64,000 nt of DNA from an uncultured bacterium (lineage in GTDB: Bacteria > Spirochaetota > Spirochaetia > Treponematales > Rectinemataceae). Positions within the stretch are counted from its first letter, which is position 1. Every line of letters begins with the position of its first letter. Below are positions 42,930 to 50,601 of this stretch, one piece after another. Location: NCBI GenBank assembly GCA_963787185.1, contig CAWBCC010000011.1:135916-199915 (forward strand), read 5' to 3'. A program made the translations under genes and the position numbers. Under the pieces are notes generated by a model. That model did no database searches and was not told the origin of the DNA. It saw only the letters and a list, made by a program, of their open reading frames with translations.

Positions 42930-43789
42930 GAGGGATCGACAGACTCCGCGCCCGGCTCGAAGGATCGGAGGATATGAAGCTGATGATCCATTCGGTCTGC
43001 GGCTATCCCGACATCGAGACATCCCTGCGCATTTTCCGCGCTCTGGCCGGCTCGGGAGCCGACATCATCGAGGCTCAGCTGCCCTTTTCGGATCCCTCGG
43101 CCGACGGTCCCCTGATCGTCGAGGCCAATCACGCGGCCCTGCGCGGCGGCGCGACCACCGAGGCCTGTTTCGAGATGCTGGACAGGCTCAGAAGATCGGT
43201 CGACGTGCCTATCGTCGTGATGAGCTATGTCAATCCTCTCTTCTCGTACGGCATAAAGCGGGCCGTCGAGCGCATGGCGGCGATCGGCCTCGACGGCATG
43301 ATCGTCCCCGACTACCCCGACGACGAGCCCGAGCTGGGCCTCGACCGACTCGGCGAGGATGCCGGACTCGCCTTCGTTCCGCTCATCGCTCCCTCGACCG
43401 ACCTCGATCGCGCGATGCGCCTCGCGGGTCGCGTCTCCTCGCCGCTGCTCTACGCCGTGCTGCGCCCCGGCGTCACCGGACGCGCCACGGAGATAGACAC
43501 CGTAGCGGCCGAACGCCTCGCCCGACTCCGCGAGCGCACCGGAAAGTTCGTAGGCGCGGGCTTCGGTATCGGCAGGCGCGCACAGGTAGAGGCCCTCCGC
43601 GGCCGTGCCGACTGTGCCATAGTCGGAAGCGCATTGCTCGCGGCAATCATGACTGCCGCGAAGCTCACCGATCCATCGTATCGTGCCGATCCATCGTATC
43701 GTGCCGATCCATCGTATCATGCTGATCCGGCGGAGGCGGCGGGCGCGTTTCTGCGCGGGCTCGTCCCTCCGCGACTGCGGGAGACATAG
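42926..43789 (+). CDS. trpA: tryptophan synthase alpha chain with repeat-bearing C-terminal tail
   Basis: ATG at 42926 overlaps the trpB stop (ATGA). DIIEAQLPFSDPSADGPLI is the TrpA signature. The C-terminal tail is TDPSYRADPSYRADPSYHADPAEAA. Confidence 0.9.
43670..43729 (+). repeat. 18-bp tandem repeat x 3.3 inside the trpA 3' end, encoding (DPSYRA)n
   Basis: GATCCATCGTATCGTGCC occurs at 43670 and 43688. A diverged copy follows at 43706 (GATCCATCGTATCATGCT), then partial GATCCG. Confidence 0.9.
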
Positions 43790-43861
43790 CCGACGCCTTC
43801 TATATCAGGGATTTGCGCGAAGAGCGCCGGCGATCGACTCTTGAAATCGGTTCAAGCGACT

Positions 43862-44284
43862 TCAACCCTCGCAGTTCTGCCGTAGAAGATACTTATCCTC
43901 TAAAGTTTCCTTCCAAAGCGATAGATAGTTCCTCTGAAATCCCGGAATGGAAGCCTTGTAATACCGGACATTTCGATGTTCCTCGGACCTTTCCTTGCAA
44001 TATGGAACGAATGAAAAATCGTCATTCGCGACATGGACAACGGTAAAAACCGTTTCATCGTCTTTCAGATATTCCAATATCGTATTCGCCCCAGTCACTT
44101 CCTCGACGTACTTTAGAGTAGACTTCGCGGATATCAGAGCTGATTTGGAAAAGAAGAAAAAATTATGGAAAGTGGGAACGGACTCGATCATGATTCGCAA
44201 ATTTTCCAACACTTCCCTATTTTCGCCATTCTGCATTCTTTCGATCTTATGGTTCAGGATCTCCAGGGCAGCCTCTTTCGTCAT
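43862..44284 (-). CDS. hypothetical protein (140 aa) in an AT-rich islet
   Basis: It is the only sizeable ORF in the 43.8-44.3 kb segment, which has clearly lower G+C than the flanks by eye. Its composition is Lys/Glu/Asn-rich (MTKEAALEILNHKIERMQNGENREVLENL...). I recognised no family. Confidence 0.55.
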   Translation of the reverse strand: MTKEAALEILNHKIERMQNGENREVLENLRIMIESVPTFHNFFFFSKSALISAKSTLKYVEEVTGANTILEYLKDDETVFTVVHVANDDFSFVPYCKERSEEHRNVRYYKASIPGFQRNYLSLWKETLEDKYLLRQNCEG

Positions 44285-44368
44285 AAATGCCCCCGTAAAC
44301 GAAGCTTACGCATAATTTCATCATACTTTGGCCGATCGTCAAGGACTCCAATCGACATACCGCCGCTT

Positions 44369-45179
44369 AGCGTTTCACGCACATGGCGATTCCCATCCGC
44401 CGCCGTCGCGCAGGTCGCCGGAGGCGACCCCTACAACCACTTCCCTACAGCCCGGCGGCGGGATGGCGCTTCCGAATTTGCCATTCGCATTTCAGGGCTG
44501 TTCCACGCACATCGCTATGCCCATCCCGCCGCCGTCGCGCAGGTCGCCGGAGGCGACCCCTACAACCACTTCCCTACAGCCCGGCGGCGGGATGGCGCTT
44601 CCGAATTTGCCATTCGCATTTCAGGGCTGTTCCACGCACATCGCTATGCCCATCCCGCCGCCGTCGCGCAGGTCGCCGGAGGCGACCCCTACAACCACTT
44701 CCCTACAGCCCGGCGGCGGGATGGCGCTTCCGAATTTGCCATTCGCATTTCAGGGCTGTTCCACGCACATCGCTATGCCCATCCCGCCGCCGTCGCGCAG
44801 GTCGCCGGAGGCGACCCCTACAACCACTTCCCTACAGCCCGGCGGCGGGATGGCGCTTCCGAATTTGCCATTCGCATTTCAGGGCTGTTCCACGCACATC
44901 GCTATGCCCATCCCGCCGCCGTCGCGCAGGTCGCCGGAGGCGACCCCTACAACCACTTCCCTACAGCCCGGCGGCGGGATGGCGCTTCCGAATTTGCCAT
45001 TCGCATTTCAGGGCTGTTCCACGCACATCGCTATGCCCATCCCGCCGCCGTCGCGCAGGTCGCCGGAGGCGACCCCTACAACCACTTCCCTACAGCCCGA
45101 CGGCGGGATGGCGCTTCCGAATTTGCCATTCGCATTTCAGGGCTGTTCCACGCACATCGCTATGCCCATCCCGCCGCCG
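44369..45179. repeat. 129-bp tandem array, about 6.3 copies, containing the thiolase 3' terminus and its downstream flank
   Basis: Unit starts (CCATCCCGCC...) lie at 44393 (128 bp, one C fewer), 44521, 44650, 44779, 44908, 45037 and 45166, a period of 129 bp. Units 2-5 look identical and unit 6 has one G>A change (CCCGACGG). A degenerate partial copy spans 44369-44392. The last 43 nt of the array are the real end of the thiolase CDS. Confidence 0.95.
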
Positions 45180-46318
45180 ATGCACAGCGTCGCAAGGCCT
45201 TTCTTCGCCTTTCGCCGCTTCATCTCGTGCAGCAGGGTGACGAGGATACGCGCCCCCGAGGCGCCTATCGGGTGGCCGATGGCGATGGCGCCGCCGTTCA
45301 CATTGACCCTCGCCATGTCGAGACCGAGCTCCCTGGCGACGGCGAGCGCCTGAGCGGCGAAGGCTTCGTTGGCCTCGATGAGGTCGACATCGTCGAGCCG
45401 CCAGCCGGCGCGTCCCAGCGCGAGACGTACGGCCTCGACGGGGCCCATGCCCATGATCGAGGGGTCGACGCCGCGCCAGGCGTAGGACGCGATGCGCGCC
45501 ATCGGCTCCAGTCCGCGCCGCCCGAGACTGTCTTCGTCGAGCACGAGGAGGGCCGCGGCGCCGTCGTTGATGCCGGACGCGTTGCCCGCCGTCACCGTAC
45601 CCTCGCTCCTGAATGCGCCCTTGAGCTTGGCGAGAGACTCGGGAGTCACGCCCGCCCGGGGAAACTCGTCCCGGTCGAAGGGCACGGGCTCGCCCTTACG
45701 CTGAGGAACCGCGACGGGAACGATCTCATCGTCGAATCGCCCCTCGGCTTGGGCCCGCTCGGTCCTGTTCTGGGAAAGAGCGGCAAAGGCATCCTGGTCG
45801 GCCCGGCTGATCCCGTACTTCACGGCGATGTTCTCGGCGGTGATGCCCATGTGATAATCGTTGAAAATGTCCCAGAGTCCGTCGCTGATCATGGAGTCCA
45901 CGAGACTGCCGTCGCCCATGCGGTAGCCGGTGCGGGCCTGTCTGAGGATGTAAGGCGCCTGACTCATGCTCTCCACGCCGCCGGCTATCACCGCCGCGGC
46001 ATCGCCTGCCTTGACCGCCTGGGCCGCGGCCGCGACGGCGCGCAGCCCCGAACCGCAAACCATGTTGACGGTCTGCGCAGTCTTTTCGACGGGGATGCCC
46101 GACTTGACCAGGACCTGCCTTGCCATGTTTTGTCCCAGCCCCGACTGGAGAACGCAGCCGAGCGTCAGCTCGTCGATATCCCCCGGCTCGATGCCCGTGC
46201 GTTCCAACAGGGCGCGGACTACGGTCCTGCCGAGCTCGACCGCGCCCACCGAGGCCAGTGCTCCGCCGAAGCTGCCCACGGCCGTGCGAATTCCATCCGC
46301 TATGTACACTTCCTTCAT
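45137..46318 (-). CDS. thl: acetyl-CoA C-acetyltransferase (thiolase)
   Basis: 393 aa. [31 protein letters not shown] (active-site Cys) and [20 protein letters not shown] are present. The C-terminal end is [18 protein letters not shown]. Confidence 0.95.
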   Translation of the reverse strand: MKEVYIADGIRTAVGSFGGALASVGAVELGRTVVRALLERTGIEPGDIDELTLGCVLQSGLGQNMARQVLVKSGIPVEKTAQTVNMVCGSGLRAVAAAAQAVKAGDAAAVIAGGVESMSQAPYILRQARTGYRMGDGSLVDSMISDGLWDIFNDYHMGITAENIAVKYGISRADQDAFAALSQNRTERAQAEGRFDDEIVPVAVPQRKGEPVPFDRDEFPRAGVTPESLAKLKGAFRSEGTVTAGNASGINDGAAALLVLDEDSLGRRGLEPMARIASYAWRGVDPSIMGMGPVEAVRLALGRAGWRLDDVDLIEANEAFAAQALAVARELGLDMARVNVNGGAIAIGHPIGASGARILVTLLHEMKRRKAKKGLATLCIGGGMGIAMCVEQP

Positions 46319-46363
46319 CGCTTTCCTCCTCGAGTGGATTTCAGAACCCTCCGCCGGCCCGCT

Positions 46364-47032
46364 TCACGAGACATCGGAGCAATGGCAGGTGCTCATCACG
46401 ACGACGTCGGCGTCGGTATGTTCGATGATCCATTCGGGTGTGTAGGGCTTGAACCATTCGAGAATGTAGAATTTCCCGCCCATCACTTCGAAGTAGCCGA
46501 TGTCGGTCACCACGAGATTGACCTCGCCGGCCGCAGTGAGCGGCAGGGAGCAGCGGCGTTTCAGCTTGGACGAGCCCGACTTTTCGAAGTGCGTGGTCGC
46601 GCCGATGACGACGCGCGAGCCCGCGACGAGGTCCATAGCGCCGCCCATTCCCGGCACCATCCTGCCGGGGATTTTGTAGTTGGCCAGATTGCCGTGCTGG
46701 TCGACCTCGAGGACGCCCAGGACCGTGTAATCGACGTGCCCCCCGCGGATGATCCCGAAGCTCGTCGCCGAGTCGAAGAAGCAGCCGCCGGGCAGGACCG
46801 AGACGGCCTGACCGCTCGCGTTGGTCAGGTCGGCGTCTTCCTCCCGGAGCGCGGGAAGCGGCCCCAGGCCGAGCATGCCGTTCTCGGACTGGAGCACCAC
46901 CGTGACCTCCGACGGAAGGTAGTTGGCCACGAGGGTCGGCAGTCCGATGCCGAGGTTGACGACGTCGCCCGTCTTGAAGATGTGGGCGATGCGCCGCGCG
47001 ATGATTTCCTTGTTCTCGACGTATTCTATCAT
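46364..47032 (-). CDS. atoA: 3-oxoacid (acetoacetate) CoA-transferase subunit B
   Basis: 222 aa. IARRIAHIFKTGDVVNLGIGLPTLVANYLP...VVLQSENGMLGLGP contains the catalytic-Glu motif SENG. Confidence 0.88.
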   Translation of the reverse strand: MIEYVENKEIIARRIAHIFKTGDVVNLGIGLPTLVANYLPSEVTVVLQSENGMLGLGPLPALREEDADLTNASGQAVSVLPGGCFFDSATSFGIIRGGHVDYTVLGVLEVDQHGNLANYKIPGRMVPGMGGAMDLVAGSRVVIGATTHFEKSGSSKLKRRCSLPLTAAGEVNLVVTDIGYFEVMGGKFYILEWFKPYTPEWIIEHTDADVVVMSTCHCSDVS

Positions 47033-47041
47033 GTCCGTCTC

Positions 47042-47719
47042 CTACTCGGCCGAGCGCACGAGAAAATGCACGAAGATGGAAGGGGTATGGACATCGTCCG
47101 GATCGATCTCGCCGATCTCGACGATCTCCTCGACCTCCGCGATGACCAGGGCGCAGGCCGAGGCCATGATCGGGTTGAAGTTGCGCGCCGTCTTCGAATA
47201 GCGCAGGTTGCCCGCGCGGTCGGCCTTCTTGGCCTTGACGATCGCGATGTCTCCGGGCAGAGGCAGCTCGAGGAGAAATCCCCTGCCCTCGATGGTGAGC
47301 ACCTGCTTGCCCTGTTCGACTTCCGTGCCGAGCCCCGTCGGAGTGAGAAAGCCGCCGAGACCGTTCCCGGACGAGCGAATGCGCTCCGCGAGAGTCCCCT
47401 GCGGGACGAGATCTACTATGGTCTCGCCGGCGTTCATCTGCCGCTGAGTCTCGGGGTTCGTGCCGATGTGCGACACTATGACGCGCGAAAACTGACGATT
47501 CGCGATGAGCGGCGCCACGCCGGTCATCCTACCCGTCTTGGGATCGAAGATCGACGTGTCGTTGGCGACGAGAGTGAGTCCTTTCGTGCCCGACTTCGCC
47601 AGCTCGGCGATGACTCCCTCCGGGGAGCCGCAGCCCAGAAAGCCCCCGATATGGACGGTCATGCCCTCTTTGACCTTGGCCGCCGCCTCCGCGGCCGATA
47701 TCACCGGTTTCCGCACCAC
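47042..47719 (-). CDS. atoD: 3-oxoacid (acetoacetate) CoA-transferase subunit A
   Basis: Start chosen at GTG (47719-47717) preceded by AGGAGGTGGGAA. VVRKPVISAAEAAAKVKEGMTVHIGGFLGCGSPEGVI is typical of subunit A. The 33 extra N-terminal codons of the track ORF run into the repeat region. Confidence 0.85.
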   Translation of the reverse strand: MVRKPVISAAEAAAKVKEGMTVHIGGFLGCGSPEGVIAELAKSGTKGLTLVANDTSIFDPKTGRMTGVAPLIANRQFSRVIVSHIGTNPETQRQMNAGETIVDLVPQGTLAERIRSSGNGLGGFLTPTGLGTEVEQGKQVLTIEGRGFLLELPLPGDIAIVKAKKADRAGNLRYSKTARNFNPIMASACALVIAEVEEIVEIGEIDPDDVHTPSIFVHFLVRSAE

Positions 47720-47757
47720 TTCCCACCTCCTGATCGCACACACATTAGAAAGCAAGA

Positions 47758-48076
47758 CCAAGGGGAGGCACAGAGAAGAGAGAAAAAAGCTCGGTGAACG
47801 AGCGCGCGGAGATTCCAACCGCCATTCGCTCCCTCACCCTTCCCATCTTCCTCCCGTTACTCCTCTTCTCTCTCCCTCTTCCCTCCGCGCCTCTGTGGCC
47901 AATCCCTTCTCCCCTATCGGAACCCTCAAAGAATCAGCCACGGAGACACAGAGAAGAGAAAAAGTTCGATGAGCGAGCGCCGAGACTTCAACAGCATATC
48001 CCCTCCCCCTCATCATCCTCCCACTACTACTCCTCTTCTCTCTCCCTCTTCCCTCCGTGCCTCTGTGGCCAATCCC
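47758..48076. repeat. two tandem copies (A1, A2) of the purine/pyrimidine-asymmetric inverted-repeat element
   Basis: A1 spans about 47762-47899 and A2 spans 47937-48069. Both end ...CCTCTTCTCTCTCCCTCTTCCCTCCG(C/T)GCCTCTGTGGCCAATCCC, with a 170-bp period between the CTCTGTGGCC ends. Linker ...CAAAGAATCAGCCAC joins them. The block lies between atoD and the kamE stop. Confidence 0.9.
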
Positions 48077-48077
48077 C

Positions 48078-48821
48078 TCATGCCCTTGCTTTTTCGACAA
48101 GCTTCTTCACGATGAAGGTCGCAACGTCGTTCGCGTAGGCGCCTCGGCAGAATCCGACATCGTAGCCCAGCTCCACGGCGAGCTTGTTCGAAATGCGCGG
48201 CCCTCCCGCGACGCAGATGTAGCGGCTGCGCTCGCCCCTGGCTTCGAGGAGCTCTATGAACTGGGTCATGTTCCGGATGTGGACATCCTTCTGCGTCACG
48301 ACCTGGGACACGAGTATCGCGTCGGCACCCACCCGTTCGGAGTACTCGATGAGCTTTTCGTTGGGAACCTGCGCCCCAAGATTGTGCGCATCGATCATCG
48401 GATAGCGCTCGAGGCCGAAGTGATGATTGTAGCCCTTCATGTTCATGATGGCGTCGATGCCGACTGTGTGCGCGTCGAAGCCCGTGCAGGCGCCCACCAC
48501 CACGATCTTGCGGCCTATTTGGGAGCGTATGAACTCGTTCACCCCGTCCATCGAGAGAGACTCGTCGGCACAGTGGGCCTCGTCTGCCCTGACCCCTTCG
48601 TAGTCGATGCCGCGTTCGGTCCCGGCGTAGGCGACGTAGAAGGAAAAATCGTCGGCCAGGGCGGCTGAGTGCACGATCTCGCAGTCCTTGAAGCCCCAGC
48701 CGAGAATCATGAGGCGGGCCGCCTCCCTCCCGCGCGGCCCCTCCGGCACGGGAAGAGCGAAAGAAAGCTGTACCTTGCCGTCGTCCAACGTGTCCCCGTA
48801 GGGACGGATCACATTCGCCAT
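48078..48821 (-). CDS. kamE: D-lysine 5,6-aminomutase beta subunit (B12-binding)
   Basis: 247 aa. MANVIRPYGDTLDDGKVQLSF... and the cobalamin-binding segment GACTGFDAHTVGIDAIMNMKG fit KamE, as does its position after kamD. Confidence 0.88.
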   Translation of the reverse strand: MANVIRPYGDTLDDGKVQLSFALPVPEGPRGREAARLMILGWGFKDCEIVHSAALADDFSFYVAYAGTERGIDYEGVRADEAHCADESLSMDGVNEFIRSQIGRKIVVVGACTGFDAHTVGIDAIMNMKGYNHHFGLERYPMIDAHNLGAQVPNEKLIEYSERVGADAILVSQVVTQKDVHIRNMTQFIELLEARGERSRYICVAGGPRISNKLAVELGYDVGFCRGAYANDVATFIVKKLVEKARA

Positions 48822-48859
48822 ATTTCACCTCACAGCATTGCTTCCGGCAGAAAATCCAA

Positions 48860-48986
48860 GCCACAGATGCACCGAGACGGAGAGGGGATAAGAGAGAAAA
48901 GGAACCTGCCCGTCGAGTTCCGACATACGATCCTCTCCCTCTGTGCCTCCGTGGCTTCTCCCCAATTCCCTCTGTGCCTCCGTGGC
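48860..48986. repeat. one inverted copy (B) of the same element, with duplicated terminal motif
   Basis: AATCCAAGCCACAGATGCACCGAGACGGAGAGGGG...CCCTCTGTGCCTCCGTGGC...CCCTCTGTGCCTCCGTGGCC. Its reverse complement aligns with the orientation seen at 57859-57992. A small hairpin GGGGGA-GACT-TCCCCC (49004-49019) lies between it and the kamD stop. Confidence 0.8.
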
Positions 48987-49031
48987 CATCTTTGTTCATA
49001 AAGGGGGGAGACTTCCCCCTTCCCGATCTCC

Positions 49032-50600
49032 TTACGCAAGTCCGACCCCTTTTTTCAGGGCTTCTTCGACCGGATTCCAGTAGTCCGGCCCCTTCTTGAC
49101 GAGGCCGTCGAGCCCCTTGCCGCCGTCCTTGGAGCGCTTGACGTCCGCGAACATGCCCAGCTCGATCGCGTTCATGAGCCCAGTCCGGTCGATCTCTTCC
49201 AGGAATTCCACTGTGCGTTCCAGGACCTCGCGCGCCCTGGTCTTGATTATGCCGCCGTCCTTGAACTCGATCTCGTCCGAGAGACCGGACATGTTGCGCA
49301 TCACGTACTTGGCCGACTCGAGACCGATGAATCTGTCCATCATGAGGGGAGTGTGGATGGCCTCGGTGAGCATGCCGAGGAGATGGATGCCCTGGTTCGT
49401 GGCCTTGGAGACGAAGTTGAACATATTGTCCATGACGAGACCCTGGAAAATGTCGCCCGACATGAACTTGGTGGGCGGCATGTACTTCAGCGGATGATCG
49501 GGGAAAATCTCGCGGGCCATCTGCGCCTGGGCGAGCTCGTAGAGGAACCCGTTTTCGATCGCGGGATCCATCTCCATCGCATGGCCCAGGCCCATGAGCC
49601 GCGCCGGGAGCCCGGCGGCGTAGGCGAAGCGCTCGTTCAGGAGCTGGCTCGCCAGGACGGTGTAGGCTTTTTCGAAGGCGTCGCTCGTGGTGAGGTAGTT
49701 GTCCTCGCCCGTGTTGATCGTGATGCCCGCATAGGCGTCGATCATGCGGCTGAGCTTCTGGTCGACGAAGGTGCGGTACATGTTGATGTCGCGGAAGAGA
49801 ATGCCGTACATCGAGTCGTTGAGCATCATGTCGAGGCGTTCGAGGGCGCCCATCGCGGCGATCTCCGGCATGCAGAGGCCCGAGGCGTAGTTGGTGAGCC
49901 AGATGTAGCGCTTCTCGCGCTCGGCGATTTCGTCGAGGGCCGTGCGCATTATGCGGAAATTCTCCTGGGTGGCGTAGGTGCCGCCGAAACCTTCGGTGGT
50001 GGCGCCGAAGGGAACGTAGTCCAGGAGACTCTGGGCCGTGGTGCGGATGACCGCGATGACGTCGGCTCCTTTGAGCGCCGCGGCCCGGGCCTGCTTCACG
50101 TCCTCGTAGATGTTGCCCGTCGCGACGATGAGGTAGAGGAGCGGCTTGTTGTTGCGGTCCTTGAACTCGGCGAGCTTGGCGTCGCGGCGCTCGCGATTTC
50201 TGCGCACCCGGGAGAGACCCGAGTCGACGAGCTCTTCGGCCCTGCGGCGGATGTCCGCGCGGTCGCCCAGGACCTGGTCCGCGACGCGGTAGCCGGCGGC
50301 GATGCGCGAGTTGAGCTCGGCCGGGCTGCCGCCCGTCTTGGCGAGGGCGTTGACGTACCACACGAGGGCTCCGCCCTCCAGCCTGGCCGGGTCGGCTGCG
50401 CGCAGCTGATCGACCACCAGGTTCGGAACGGGCACGCCCTCCGGGTCGGCGCCGTCCGCGCCCAGGAGGCGCAGGGTCGCGCGCTCCACCGTGACCGTGG
50501 TATGCGCGTCGATGAACTCGAGAACCGGTGCCGCGATGGTCGCGGCGAGCTCTCTAGCCCGGGCTATTCGATCGCCCGGAAGACCGAGTTTCTCCTTCAT
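49032..50600 (-). CDS. kamD: D-lysine 5,6-aminomutase alpha subunit
   Basis: Start chosen at MKEKLGLPGDRIARARELA (ATG 50600-50598). It is 522 aa and closely matches my memory of KamD (TIM-barrel PLP-binding subunit), directly upstream of kamE. Confidence 0.88.
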   Translation of the reverse strand: MKEKLGLPGDRIARARELAATIAAPVLEFIDAHTTVTVERATLRLLGADGADPEGVPVPNLVVDQLRAADPARLEGGALVWYVNALAKTGGSPAELNSRIAAGYRVADQVLGDRADIRRRAEELVDSGLSRVRRNRERRDAKLAEFKDRNNKPLLYLIVATGNIYEDVKQARAAALKGADVIAVIRTTAQSLLDYVPFGATTEGFGGTYATQENFRIMRTALDEIAEREKRYIWLTNYASGLCMPEIAAMGALERLDMMLNDSMYGILFRDINMYRTFVDQKLSRMIDAYAGITINTGEDNYLTTSDAFEKAYTVLASQLLNERFAYAAGLPARLMGLGHAMEMDPAIENGFLYELAQAQMAREIFPDHPLKYMPPTKFMSGDIFQGLVMDNMFNFVSKATNQGIHLLGMLTEAIHTPLMMDRFIGLESAKYVMRNMSGLSDEIEFKDGGIIKTRAREVLERTVEFLEEIDRTGLMNAIELGMFADVKRSKDGGKGLDGLVKKGPDYWNPVEEALKKGVGLA

Positions 50601-50601
50601 G

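Noticed and set aside
43800-44365. Flanks of the 140-aa orphan gene as degenerate halves of the same repeat element that brackets the GxxExxY gene
   Set aside because: Only short patches resemble the element core (GAGCGCCG...GACTTCAACC at 43822-43855 and GACTCCAATCGAC at 44344-44356, against GAGCCGAGATTCCAATTAC). Both patches are in the same orientation and no pyrimidine-rich right arm is present. This is too weak without a statistical alignment.
44369-45179. Possibility that the 129-bp array is a CRISPR array
   Set aside because: Whole 129-bp units are identical, so there are no unique spacers between short repeats. No cas genes are nearby, and the unit contains a copy of a gene terminus.
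44165-47797. 1210-aa plus-strand ORF, together with ORFs 44328..45353 and 44383..45240, which would encode 43-aa repeat proteins across the 129-bp array
   Set aside because: All three plus-strand frames are open through the array simply because the unit lacks stops. The long ORF is antisense to three well-supported minus-strand genes (thiolase, CoA-transferase B and A). Its composition is Arg/Ala/Gly/Pro-rich shadow with no start context.
49002-49021. Hairpin GGGGGA-GACT-TCCCCC after the kamD stop as an operon-internal terminator
   Set aside because: The stem is only 6-8 bp with a weak U-tract (CUUUAU) on the mRNA strand, and kamE follows about 210 nt downstream and must be co-expressed. It is noted under repeat B and not called as a terminator.
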